From NCBI GenBank assembly GCA_958009085.1, contig OY253669.1, forward strand, positions 1,178,001 through 1,242,000: DNA of 64,000 bases, read 5' to 3'. Under the pieces are notes generated by a model. The model did no database searches, was not told the DNA's origin, and saw only the letters and a program-made list of their open reading frames with translations. Source of the stretch: Protoeuglena noctilucae. Its lineage: Eukaryota. Within the stretch, counting starts at the first letter, position 1. Each line of letters opens with the position of its first letter. The translations under genes were made by a program, and so were the position numbers. Of this stretch, positions 35,326-47,282 are shown in pieces.

Positions 35326-38300
35326 TCAGTGTGGTGGCTGCCGTGCCACCGATAGGCCATGCGATAGATAGCTTGTGAACGCTGTCCCGTATGCACAGTA
35401 AGTCACGCATCCATAAGAGCTTGCGACCATCGCGTGCCTACATCGGTTGCCGTCCGCGGCGAGGCCCCAGGGGTCCCTGGCCTGTAGCATGGGCGGAGAG
35501 GCTCGTGCCCATGAGAGGATGGTCTCGTATCGTGCTGCGCTGAGGGCCCACGAGGCGTCGCGCTCCATGCCCCTCCGCTGCAGCCCAGCCCAGGTGTCCG
35601 GCTCGCTGCTGTAGACGCGCAGTGCCTCGTCCAGGCTGTGCAGCATCGCGTCCTTGGTGCAGGGCATGAAGGTGAAACCGGTGCCGATGCTGTCCCATGG
35701 CTCACTGCGAGGGGCGCAGCGCAGAGAGGGGTGTGAGTGTTTGTGCCTTGTGACGGAGCGATGTGATTGGGCCGGCTCACTAGCGCTGGTGACCCGAGGC
35801 AGGTGACGGGCGGACAGGGCAAGGAGCTATCAGCAACCAACTTAAGGCAGGCAGCAGGTGTGACCATGGCTATTACTACGCAAAAACCGTGCGTTTCGCT
35901 CACTTGGCAAAAGGGCTCGCGTCCTCCACCGTGTCTCGCAGCCCGCCCACGCACGTGACCACGGGGATGGTGCCGTATCGCATGGCGTAGAGCTGGTTGA
36001 GGCCGCACGGCTCGAACCGCGAGGGCATGAGGAGCATGTCGCAGGAGGCGATGATGCGGTGGGCCATCTTGACGTTGAAGTCGACGATGCCGCGGAACAG
36101 GTCGGGGTTACGCTCCTGGAGAGGGAAGGGGGGGTGACGGGGTGTCGGCAGCAAAGGGGTGCGGCGCAGGGAGGGGCGACAGGAAGGACGCGCGATCCGG
36201 GATGCTGGGGCCTTGCACCTCCTGCACCCACTTCATGTGCCCCACATCTCATAGTAGATCATCTTCCCGCCCTCACCTGCGTCTCTCGCACCCACTTCTC
36301 GAGCCCCACGTCCCCCGACCCCAGGACCACGACCTGGCACCCCCGGGCGCACATCTCCGCCGCCGCCTCCAACAGCACGTCCGGCCCCTTCTGAGTGTCC
36401 AGCCGGCCGACCCACCCCACGAGGGGCATCCCCGCACTCACGGGCAGCTTCAGCTCCTGCTGCAGGCGCAGCTTGCACGCCTCCTTGCCGGCCAGGTTGC
36501 GTGCCGTAAAGGACTCGCCCCATAGGTGGGGGTCGTTCGCGGGGTCCCAGCTCTCCACGTCCACGCCGTTCACGACGCCGTTCAGGTCCAGCTCCCTCTG
36601 CGGGACAGGACGCACGACGAGGCACGGGTCGGACATTGGCAGGGCATGGGGTGGTGTGGCGCTCGAGCCTTGCGGTGATGTGCGAACACAGGCACGGGGG
36701 CCATAAGGAGGGCAAAGTGGTGCCTCTGCCAGCAGCATCGTCACCTTGGCGAGGATCTTCTCGAGGCCGTACCCGAAGGTGGGCGTCATGATTTCAGAGG
36801 CGTAGCCTTGCGACACGGTGACCAGGCGGTCGGCCGTCATCAAGGCCGCTTGCATGACGTTGACGGAGGTGCCGTTCTGAGTCGAAAATGGTAACTTAGA
36901 AGCCGTGTCAGGTGAAAGCGGGCGCGTGGCCGCTCAATCTGCCTGAGCTGCGAGTGAGCTGCGGGTGCGTTTGTGCCAACCCCAGTACGGGCGCGCGTGC
37001 TGCACGCACACACCTTGACGAATCGGAATCGGTCGAACCACTCGCGCGAGAGCCCGAACGCATTGAACGCCGACTCGGGGAACACGCCCTGGTACGCGAG
37101 GTTGTGGATGGCAAACACGGACCTGGCGTCCTGCGAGGGCATACCGTGGCTGACCGTGGCTGACTGTGGCTGACCGAAGCCCTGCAGCGCCGCCAGAGCT
37201 ATTTTGGGTGCGTCGATCCGCAAACGAGCAAAGAGCTCGCAGTCGTGGTCATTGCAAGCGACGCGGCAACGCTGGGAGCGTCGCTTGCGTGACGGTCTCA
37301 TCATCACCTTGTAGACGCCAGAGGGTCGGAAGCGCGACGCCAGGTACACCGGGACGAGTCCGGAGTGCCAGTCGTTGGCGATGAACACGCAGTCCTGCCC
37401 CATGACTTCGCGCAACAAGACACGGCCCGGGGTCGGGTCCGTACCATCGGGGTCGTCGGGGTCTGGAGCGTCCAGGGGCAGCACCAGGGGCACCTCCAGT
37501 GCCGCCAGACTGCGGGACGAGGGGCGGAGGGATGGGATGGGCTGTGGGGCGGCAGGGCAGATGTGGGTGCGTACTGACGGTATCCACCGTGGCAGAGGTC
37601 ATCGTGTCAGGCAGGCGATGCAGGGAGACTTATAGGAGGCTGGAGACATCCATGACACTTGGGAGCGGCTCGCCTGAAGAGCGCAAAGCGCCAGTGGTTG
37701 TCGTCGTAGTCCCGGCCATTGGCGCCATACAGGCCGCCCTTCCTGTGGAAGGCCGGGTGGTCGATGAACACGTACGACACTCCGTTCTTGCGGCAGTGGA
37801 AGAAGGAGACGGTCTGCTTGTCCCCGGGCTTGACCTCCAGTGTCTTTCGCATCCCCGTGTCCTCCAGGGCTTGCAACTCCGCGTCGCCCTTGCCGCCCGT
37901 GAGGTAGCGCGGCGTCACCACCACGACCCTAGAGGGGCAGAGATCGGTGGCGGGTTCACAGTGGCGTGAAGGAGCCGAGGGAGGGTGTCGTGCCATGCGT
38001 GGGGTGTACTAACAACTGCGGAAGCTGGAGGGGTCGCGTGCGCACCTGTGCCCGCGTGCAGCCAGCGCCTGGGGCAGCGCCCCGGCCACGTCGCCCAGGC
38101 CGCCTGTTTTGGTCCAGGGCGCCACCTCGGCAGCGACGAAGACGATCTTCATAGGGTCTGACGTGCGGGGCGGGGGCTTGCGGATGTGCCACCGCCGACG
38201 GAGCCGGGGAGGGGACGCGGTGGATGCGGAGGGATCGCTATCCTCCCACGACGGGTCGTCGGCCCGCGCAGCCTCCGCCGCGACGTCCCACGCCTGCGTA

Positions 38301-38843
38301 CCTAGTGTCGACGCGTCCGCTCCGCCCCATACCACCTCGTCGGCCGAGCTGGAGATCCCAGTAGCTGGGTAATATTGGTTTGATGGTGACGAAGCGGATT
38401 CACTGCGCGCCTCGCCGTCAGCTTCCGGCTCAGGAGGGACGAACTGTCCCGCACCGTCCTGCGTCCAGGCCACGCCGCTCGTTCGCCTTCGGCCACGCAA
38501 CGGCACCGCGTCTATAATGTCGATGGGAAGCAGTCAATCACGACCGCCCGCTTGCCTTGCTTCCCTCGAGACGCGCCATGAGGTCCGTCCATGCGTTGTG
38601 GAGGAGCCGCAGCTCCTCCTGCAGCCTCCTCTCATCTTCCTCCGCCTTGTCTCCCTCACCGCTGGGCTCATTGGTGTCGGGAGTGGCACACACCGCGAGC
38701 CTGGGCTTGGCGGGGCCGTTGGAATGCCATCGTGTCCGGATGTTCTGGACACGGGGCCGTACACCCCGCGGTAGCGACGAGGAGCAGCCCGCCCGCTCCG
38801 GCGAGGGCGGCCCCGTAGGACGTGCAAACGGGAGCGCCGACAT
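35326..38843 (-). CDS. Soluble starch synthase (SSI/SSII group, GT5)
   Basis: Transit peptide MSALPFARP...; [80 protein letters not shown]. The stop position is approximate. Confidence 0.95.
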
Positions 38844-39268
38844 GGAGCGGCGGCGGTTGCTCTCGCACGTTCACCACGCCTGCAATTCTGGTTGGCACGC
38901 GCCTAACACGCCATGTCTCGCCACCAGACGGCAGGGATTCCGCAAAACCATGAGCACTGTATATGTCGGGGAAGGGGGCACGGTTGAGGCGAGCCGAGTT
39001 CTGGGGGGTAGGGTTCGTGTCACTGGCGCTCATCTCCTGTGGCGTCTTGAGGCGGCGTCTCCGCCATCCACGCGGAGCAGACGTATCGCCCGCTTTGGGC
39101 GTGAGATGCCCAGAGGTCAAAGCCATTTTGTCTCAGCCCGTTTGCAATTGTTGCGAGCATCGTTGTTGAAGTGATGTATCTGCAGCTTCCCTGCATCGCT
39201 CGTGACTTGGCGTGCCGACTGCATGGCGCAAGCAGGAGCGCTCCTCGCCAGGAAGCCCGAGGTTCGCC

Positions 39269-42171
39269 ATGACAATGGCCGGGCCCTTGGTCTCGCACGA
39301 CAGCCAGACGCGGGGGCCGATGCCCCGCAGCGGTGGGGAGCCTTCCATGCATAAGGCCATCCTCCAGGCCAACTGGCCCTCCGCTCGGTGAGCAGCTGGC
39401 GAAGTTGCCGCACCACGCGATGCCCCCCCTGAACTCGCTCTTGCTCTGCAAACCCGCGTCCTCGGCCCTCCATCGATGTCGTTAACGAAGCTATCTTTGC
39501 ATCGGAACAGAGCTCACGGTTTCGGAATGCCCCGATGCTGCGCAGGAGTGAGCGAGCCGCGAGCGAGTTCGACACGTCGAGCAGGCGCGACAGCAGCGAT
39601 GCGGACGTGCCGGCGGCTGTCACACTCGCATCGTCAACTTCGGGGAGCGACGTGGGAATCGCGTCGTCCCACCGCGGCAGCCGACGCACGCACAGCAGGT
39701 CTCAGGTGCATACGACGCTCCCACGCTGCCAGCTTTGCATCGCTGGTCCGCTCAGCTCATGACAAGCGCTGTTATCTCGTTTGCAGAGCGCCGTTCTGAC
39801 GCCGCCACAGCAGCTCAGGGACCCGGAACGCGGCTTTGACGCCCCCGTGCGGGAGAGCCGCCTTGCCAGCGCATCCAAGCCGCATTTTCTCACCGCGGAG
39901 GCCGCCCTGAAGGTGACTTGAGTCACGGAGATCGTCTCTGTCAAGCGCAGAGCGCGAAGCTCGCCTGGCTCCGCCCTTGGCCAACGTCGTGTGCCCTCCC
40001 TCCCTCTCAGGGCGCGGAGCTGCTGTTGGCTGCCACGGCGCGACTTGGACGGGCGCAACGACGGCGGGAGGAGCTCCACGCGCGTCTCTCCGCCGCCCTG
40101 GCCGAGGAGCCGGCGGCTGCTCGGCAGCGGGAGGCCGCGCTGCGCGTGAAGGTCCGCGCCGCCCGGCAGCGCCTGCACGAGGTGCAGAGCCGCGTCTCTG
40201 CCCTCGCGGCGACCGTGGACAGTCTTGGCCGCTCGTGCCGGGAGCGCCAGGGCCTGGCGGCGACCTGCCGGGCCCGTGCGGGGGAGCTGGAAGATGCGTC
40301 CCGGGCGTCCCGGGCGGCAGTGGCGAGGACCGCAAGTGATGTGGGCCTCGTTGGCAGCGAGAGGGATGCGCTGACGGGCCTCGTGGAACGCGTGGTGGCC
40401 CTGCGGTCGAGGGCGGTGGTGGAAGCTGCCAGGGCCATGGTCCTGGGGCCCATGCGTGTGCCCCTGTCACTGATGCACGGGTCCCAGGTGGGAGCAGCGC
40501 CCGCCGATGCGTCGAGAATGACGTCGCGGCTGAGCATACGCGTCTAGTCTGGCATGCGGAGCTTGGCAACCTTGTGCTAACCGGGCCGCTCATCCCGGCG
40601 CGCCCCATCGCCTCGCCTTCCCAGGTTTTGGAAGACATCGATCGCTCCTGGTGGTCGGCAAACGCCCTAGTGATCGGGCGGGGGCTGGGGCGCAGGCCGT
40701 GGGTGACGAGGGAAGAGGAGCCCAAAGCACGTACGGCCAAAGCACATAGGGGCGGCGCCTTGTCGGGAACGCGGCAGGGGCAGCCGGCGGCGTCGCAGAT
40801 GGAAGCGGGGCCGGGGGTGCAGGCGGGGGACGGGGTCCGGGGTGTCGAGGGACGAGGGGCGAGCGGCGAAGGGACGGTGGGGCCACCACCCAGAGGGCCT
40901 GGAGATAGGGAAGAGCCCGCGGGGACGTTGCTGTCCATCGCTGGGTTGGACATATCGGGTCTGCTCAGCCCCGTGTCGGGACTGGAGGCTGAGTTGGAGG
41001 TGGGCGACGAGGACGTCGCGCAGAAGCTGGCGGCTGGGCTGGGATACTTGGCCCTCGTGCTCCCGGTGCTGGGGCATTACCTGGACGCGCCGCTGCAGTA
41101 CACGACGCAGTTCGGCGGGTCGCTGTCGACCGTCGCGCCGGTGTGCGGGCTGATGAGCAGCAGGTGCGGTGTGGTGTGGTGCGGTTGCGACGACGCAAAG
41201 CGCGGTGTCCTGGGCGCTGCCTGGGCGTAACGTGAGTGGAAACTGGCTCGGCGTGCTCGCAGCGGCGGGTCGCTGGAGGGGGATCACGAGGCGGGCTTGC
41301 CCTGGGCGCGTCGCCGGGTGGACGGGCTCCCGACGATGCGTGGCGATGCGGGCCATGGCGCGTCGCTGCCATCCACGGCGTCCGTAGGGCGCACGTCGCC
41401 CGAGACCCGCTCGCCCGAGGTGGTCTCGCATGGTCTCAACGCATCGTCGTGGCGTAAGGCATCCTCGTACGGGCACCTGTCTGACGCCGCCAAGTCACGC
41501 AGCCCCATGCACGCCAGCCCGCGGCCCTCGCAGCTGGCCGCGTGGCGCGAGAGCGCCGACAGTCTGGGACTGGCTGCGGACGTGGTGTCGCCGCGAGGGC
41601 CACGGTGGCGAGGGGACCCCATGCGTGGCAGGGGGTCAGCAACGGGCGAGGGGCAAGGCACACGCCAGGGCGCCACGTCGGCACGTGCGCCGACGGGGAG
41701 CCGGCTATCGCAGGGGACGATGGAGGCAGTCCGCATACGCGGCGTCGTGGACTTTAGCCGCCCACTGCTCAGGTACTGCTTGCAAGCGACGGTGTGTCGC
41801 GTGTGTGCCCCCTGGTGAGGCCGCGTGTCATTGGCAACTCTCACGGTGCTGCGCAGGCAGTGCCTGGAGCTTCTCGAGCACGTCAATTTGCTGGACCCCG
41901 AGAGCTCCTCGCTCCCGCTCGACGCTGATACAGGTGTGTCAGTGGCACTGCATTGTGGTTGACAGCCTGCGCCCGCCCAGCGCCGCTGCTGCTCGATCCT
42001 TCAATGTCTAGTCTGCGCGCAGTGTGCAACGGCCGGCACCTCCTCCCCCTAGCCCTCTGGCGCCTGACGCGGGACGTCAAGCAGATTCTGGCAGTTTACC
42101 AGCTGGACACCCCCGCCGAGGCCAACGTCCTTGAGAGCCTCTATCTGCTGTCCCTAGCCGCCGGCGCATAA
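39269..42171 (+). CDS. ATG14/UVRAG(VPS38)-family PI3K complex subunit
   Basis: Long coiled coil (40010-40487), then LSIAGLDI...AQKLAAGLGYLALVLPVLGHYLDAPLQY..QFGGSLSTV and C-terminal ALWRLTRDVKQI...NVLESLYLL. The start codon is uncertain. Confidence 0.72.
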
Positions 42172-42271
42172 CGAGAGCTGCCCGGGCGCCTCCGGCGGTC
42201 TATGATGGCCCCGCCACGTCACGCGTGTCGCCTATCGCATGGCCCACTTGGCCGCTCGACCCCCGCCGCCC

Positions 42272-43494
42272 TCATGCGCCCTCGACCCCCACCTCGCGGT
42301 CTGCGTCGTCGTCGGCGAGGTCGCTTTGCCGGAGCATGTCTTCGATGCGCCAGGCGTCCAGGATAGGGCTGATCAGGAGCCGCTTCCAGCGGGGGCCGCG
42401 GTAGCTGTGACCCATGACGGACTTGAACAGGATCTTGAGCTGGGTGATCGGCATGATCTGCAGCTCCGCGGGCAACCACCGCCGCCCCGCGTCGAGCACT
42501 GCGACATCGGCCGGCGCCTCCAGGCCCTCCGCCGTGGCCCCCGGTGGCGTCTCCTCGCGCCCCGGGGCGACCTCCGCGCTCAGCCGGGGCGTCGGCGGGG
42601 TCTCGTCCGCGCTCGTTCCCTCCGCCGCGTCCTGCCCCAGGGTCAGGGCACCCACGACCTCCGACAGCCGGTCCGTGCTGGGCGTGCCGCCTCCCATGCC
42701 CGCGCTCTCCGGCAGGGCGATGGTCGTCGCGGAGGAGTAGTGCTTCGTCCCTCGCTCGTGGTAAACTGGGAGGGGTGACAGGGTGACAGTCGGAGTCGTA
42801 TGGCACCTGGCCGGACTCCCCGGGGGCAGATCTAAAGGGCGAGCGGGGTGGCAGGCAGCATGCGGCATCCTCACCGAGGTGGATCTCCCCTCCCGCCTCG
42901 TCGTCGACGACCCACGTGGGCTCAGGCTCCCCCAGGCGGTACACGGCGACCCGCTTCTGGAACGCCCGGGCAAGGGCGACCATCTCCAGATGGCCGCCCC
43001 AGGTCCCGTCCCTGGACACCATCTTCACGTACCGGGCGTAGGAGCTGCGCGTGCCTGCGCACGAGAACAGGCAGGGTTTCACCAGCAGGACGGGCGCGCC
43101 ACTGCCACGCGATGCTGCTGTGGCGTCATGAGCCTGTGCAGCGAGCCCGCCTCTGCAGGTGGACCGCGCGCGGAATGGCCCGCACCTGGCGCGAGGAAGT
43201 GGATGAAGTCCTGCTCGTGCTCGAGGAGGAAGTCGCAGCACAGGGCCCGGACTTCCCGGTGGCGCGCCTCGCTCCCGTACACCTGGTGAGCGATCGCCCT
43301 GGGAGCACCAGCTGTGGGAGTTATTGGATGTGACTACCCGGCTACATGCGCGACAGCGCGGCAGAGCGCGAGATGCACCTGAAAAGGCAGTTTCCATCAG
43401 GCTGGATGGGCGTGAGCTTGCGCCCGAAGCGGCCCAGCAGCGCATCAAACTCCCTGCTCTCCTCGTTGTGCGCGTGTCGAGTGTACCGCGTCAT
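42272..43494 (-). CDS. OTU-family deubiquitinase with C-terminal SAP/Rho-N-like motif
   Basis: IQPDGNCLFR|AIAHQVYG...HREVR, GTWGGHLEMVALA and KHYSS, so the catalytic Cys and His are intact; 4 exons. Confidence 0.9.
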
Positions 43495-43899
43495 CCTTGT
43501 TGGCAGAGGAAGCGCGCTGCGGGGTTCAATCGGGACCCTCGCAGGTGTTCCGCGCCAGGCGACCCTAAGCGACTCGTGAGCTACTGCCTTGCGATGCAAT
43601 TGATGTGGCTGAGATGCTGTGAAACCGCAGAGAGGGAGGAGATGCACGGAACGCGGGCATCGGCACCCGCCAGTGGACGTCAGCGTCGGGCCCGAAATCA
43701 AATCTCCGGACCCTCTGCGGGCAGATTTCATGCCCAGCAACGCTAGTTTGTAACATCTGACGACGTCACATCAAGCGACGGCGCGGTAGAAGGCGGGAGA
43801 ACGAGGGGGACGACGGGCGAAACATGCAGCAACCCTGCTGCTCTCGGCGCGAAGAGAGGAAGAACTTGGCGGCCGTGGAGCTCTTCTTTAAAGGTTCGG

Positions 43900-43940
43900 G
43901 GCGGAGATGGCGGAGATGGCGGAGATGGCGGAGATGGCGG
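43900..43940 (+). repeat. 9-bp tandem repeat (GGCGGAGAT)x4.5
   Basis: Read directly from the sequence; encodes MAEMAEMAEMA if translated from 43907. Confidence 0.95.
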
Positions 43941-45761
43941 CAGGGGCGGAGAGCGCTGTCCAGGTGTGCTGCATCGGTGAAGCTGCTTGCTCCTTGATCG
44001 CAGAGGAGGCAAAGCAGCAGAAGAGGCAGATGAGGAGGAACCGGGGAGGCACGAGCCAGGCGGGTGCAAGCTCAGCTTCGCGTGATAGCGACGAGCGGGA
44101 AGAAGAAGTCGGTGACTGCGAGGCAGGCTCGTCTGTGGACGAGGCGTGCGAGGCGGTAGGCGCCCTGGCCCTGGAGGAGGCGCAGGAAAGGCTCGCTTCC
44201 GTGGTCCAGGTGTGTTGCCGCAACGACCCGCAGCTATCTTTAAACTCCTCCGATCGGGTCCCTGCCCCAGCGACACTGAAAGTCGCTCAGCTGCACACGC
44301 GCAGGCGAGCGGCCAGCACTCCCAGAGGCGCGTGCGCACGCGTGCCAAGGTCAGCAGCAACGCCGTGTCGCGGTTCGACCTGGTCTCCGGCGCCCTCAAC
44401 CTGGCGAAGCGGTGGACGAGCGAGGCGTCTGTCATGGCGCCCATCGTCACTTCGTTCACGGGCGTCGCTGAGGTCGGGCTCGACGGGGGCGGTCTGTCCT
44501 TCGAGCTCCTCACTAGTTTCTTCGAGAGCGCTTTCGACCCCGATGAAGGGCTTTTCACGCTGCCAGAGGGGGCCGCCGACGATTCCAGGCAAGCCTCTCA
44601 CGTTGCCGTTGACCCCAGCAGTGCCTGGCTGGGGCATTACCACAGCACGACACCCCCTCGCATCTCCCCCGCTTGCCAGGATGCTCCAGGACGACGCCCT
44701 GGTGCTCCCCGCCCCCCTCGGCTCCACCGCCCGGTCCTGCGATGACTTTGTGGCGTTCGGGCGCCTCCTCATCAAGGCGAAGGTCGACGCGGTGCCCGTT
44801 CCCAACGTGCTGGCGCCGAGCTTCTGGAAGTACATCCGCGACCCGGAGATGCTGGGGCAAGACGCGCTCGGCATCGACGACCTGAGGGCCTTCGACCCCG
44901 TCTACGCCGCACACCTGTCCGCCTTCGCAAGCGCACCCGAGGACGAGGTCGAGGCGTGGGGCGTGTACTCCAACTCTCCTGGCGGCCAGGACAGCCCCGG
45001 ATCCCCGGTGACTGCATCCTCGAGGGCAGAGTACATCGACAAGGCCATACGGAGCAAGCTCGTGGAGGGGTGAGCGGGGCGGCGGTGCATGCACATGGGC
45101 GTGGCGTACGAGTTCGTCGCACGTACACTGATGTGCGGCCCCTCGCCCTGCTGACGCAGGCGGGAGGGGTCGCTGGCCGCCATCCGGGAGGGAATGCGCC
45201 TCGCTGCAGGTGTGTTTGACGTCGCCTGCAGCCCCACGTCGCTGGCGACTGCGGCCCAGACGGCGGCGCTGTTCGGGTCCCGGCGGCTCACGGCACGTGA
45301 CCTGCTCAGCTGCCTGGACTTCGCGGCCAGCACCGAGCCGCCCGCCTCGCGCATTCGGCCCTGGCTGGAGGATACCGTGGCCCAGTACTCCGAGCACCAG
45401 CTCGCTCAGCTGCTGATGGTAAGGGGCTGCTCTGTGTGGGTTGAAGCCCACAGGAGCTGCGTGGCCCTTTGCAACCGACCCCCCGCCCCTCCTGCAGCTC
45501 CTCACCGGCCTGAAGGGGATTCCCATCGGGGGGCTGCGCAACCCCGAGGCCAGCCCGCCGCACCGCATCGCTGTCCTGGTCTGCGACTGCAGCGCGTGCT
45601 CCAAGGCCCTCAGGGGTGCTGCTCCGCACGGCTGCGAGGGGCTGCCCAAGGTCTCGACGTGCTTCTGGACGTGCCGCTTGCCGCTCTACTCGAGCCAACA
45701 GGTCCTAGGCACGCGCTTGCAGATGGCCATGACGTGGGCCAGCGGCTTTGGCTCAGAGTAG
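43907..45761 (+). CDS. Stand-alone HECT-domain E3 ubiquitin ligase
   Basis: EVGLDGGGLSFELLTSFF...FDPDEGLF, FGRLLIKA, LAPSFWKYI, DDLRAFDPVY, SRAEYIDKAI, LLM|LLTGLKGIP, LPKVSTCFWTCRLPLYSS..L..RLQMAM....FG. The catalytic Cys is present. An alternative start at 43824 is possible if an intron runs ~43894-44003. Confidence 0.88.
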
Positions 45762-46202
45762 CTGAGGGAGATCCTGGGTGGATGGCCCGCCCCTGCGTTG
45801 CTGGCCAACTCGTGCTGCAGCGTCAGGCGGTAGAACCCTTTTCAGTTGCACTGCAGCACAGCCCCTGTCCACAAAGACCCTTCCCTTGCAAGCTGCGGCG
45901 TCCTGCAAGCTCCATCCATGCACCGGGGAGACTGAAGGCACCTGACCCTGCTGTGCATGCTGCGGTTGACCGGGGCCATAACCGGGCTCTCACGCTCATC
46001 TGTTCGGGCGCAAAGCAGACAGCAGCGGCCGGCGCCTAGATCCGGTGGGATGCGCGCGGATGGGGCCGATGGCTGCGTTGAGTGCTTCTCTCCCTAGTCG
46101 CGCGTGGATGTCTCTCGCGCCCTTCCACGTGCGGCTGTTGTGCATACGCATGGCGATTGATGGCGCCCTTCGCCCGCAGCGATCGCTCAGCGGGCTGCGA
46201 AA

Positions 46203-47083
46203 ATGGCCGACCCACGCCTGGAAGTCATCAAGAAGTCGATCCGGGAGATCCCGGACTTTCCCAAGGTCAGGGCCAGCCAGCGAGCTCACGAGAGCAGCTT
46301 GCGTCGCCAGCCTGTCCACGGAACATGCCTGCGGCATCAGGGATCGCGGGGAGGGCACCGCTCTTGGCATGTGAGCTAGCTCCGCGCCGGCTGAACCCCC
46401 GCCGCAGAAAGGCATCGCCTTCAAGGACATCACGACGTTGATGCTCGACCCGGTGGCTTTCAAGCACACCATCGACCTCTTCGTCGAACGGATCAAGGAC
46501 AAGCGCATCGACGCCGTCGTCGGGTTCGAGGCGCGTGCACCGCGCCCGCGGGGATCGCCGCTTGCCGGGTTGCGAGTCTGCACACGCAAAACGTACCCGC
46601 TTGCCTTGCCCCGCAGTCTCGCGGCTTCTTCTTCGGCCCCACGGTGGCCATGGCCCTCGGGTGCGCCTTCGTGCCCCTGCGCAAGCCCAAGAAGCTCCCC
46701 GGCGAGACGATCGGGGTCCACTATGCTTTAGAGGTGCGCAGACACACACGATTAGACGCGGGCGCCCTGTCAGTGCTTGAGCCAGGGGCAAGAGACAACG
46801 TGGGCGGCCTGCGAAACGAGGCGCGACGCCCCCATCTTCCCTGCAGTACGGGACGGACCGCATTGAGATGCACCTCGGGGCCGTCACTGCTGGGCAGCGC
46901 GTGGTGCTCATCGACGACCTCCTCGCCACCGGTGGCACCATGGCTGCGGGGAAGGCCCTCATGGACCAGGTTGGGGCGGAGGTGGTGGAGGCCCTGTGCG
47001 TCATCGAGCTCCCGGCTCTCAAGGGCCGCGAGAGGCTCCAGGGCGTCCCTATGTACGTGCTGGTCGAGATGGAGGGGGACTAG
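46203..47083 (+). CDS. APT: Adenine phosphoribosyltransferase
   Basis: [42 protein letters not shown] and the PRPP-binding motif [13 protein letters not shown]; 4 exons. Confidence 0.97.
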
Positions 47084-47282
47084 CAGGGCGAGAGCATGTG
47101 CGGAGTGAGCGACGTGTGCTGGCTTAACAAAATGTCCTTGAAAATGCTTTGAGTCCAACCATCAATCACCACACTACACTGGGAACATGTCCGTCACGAC
47201 ATCAGGTTCCTAGCAGACGCGGCAGGATGGGATTACTCAGCTGCGCAAGGAGGCGACACAAGAACGGTGGCCGGATGCCAAT

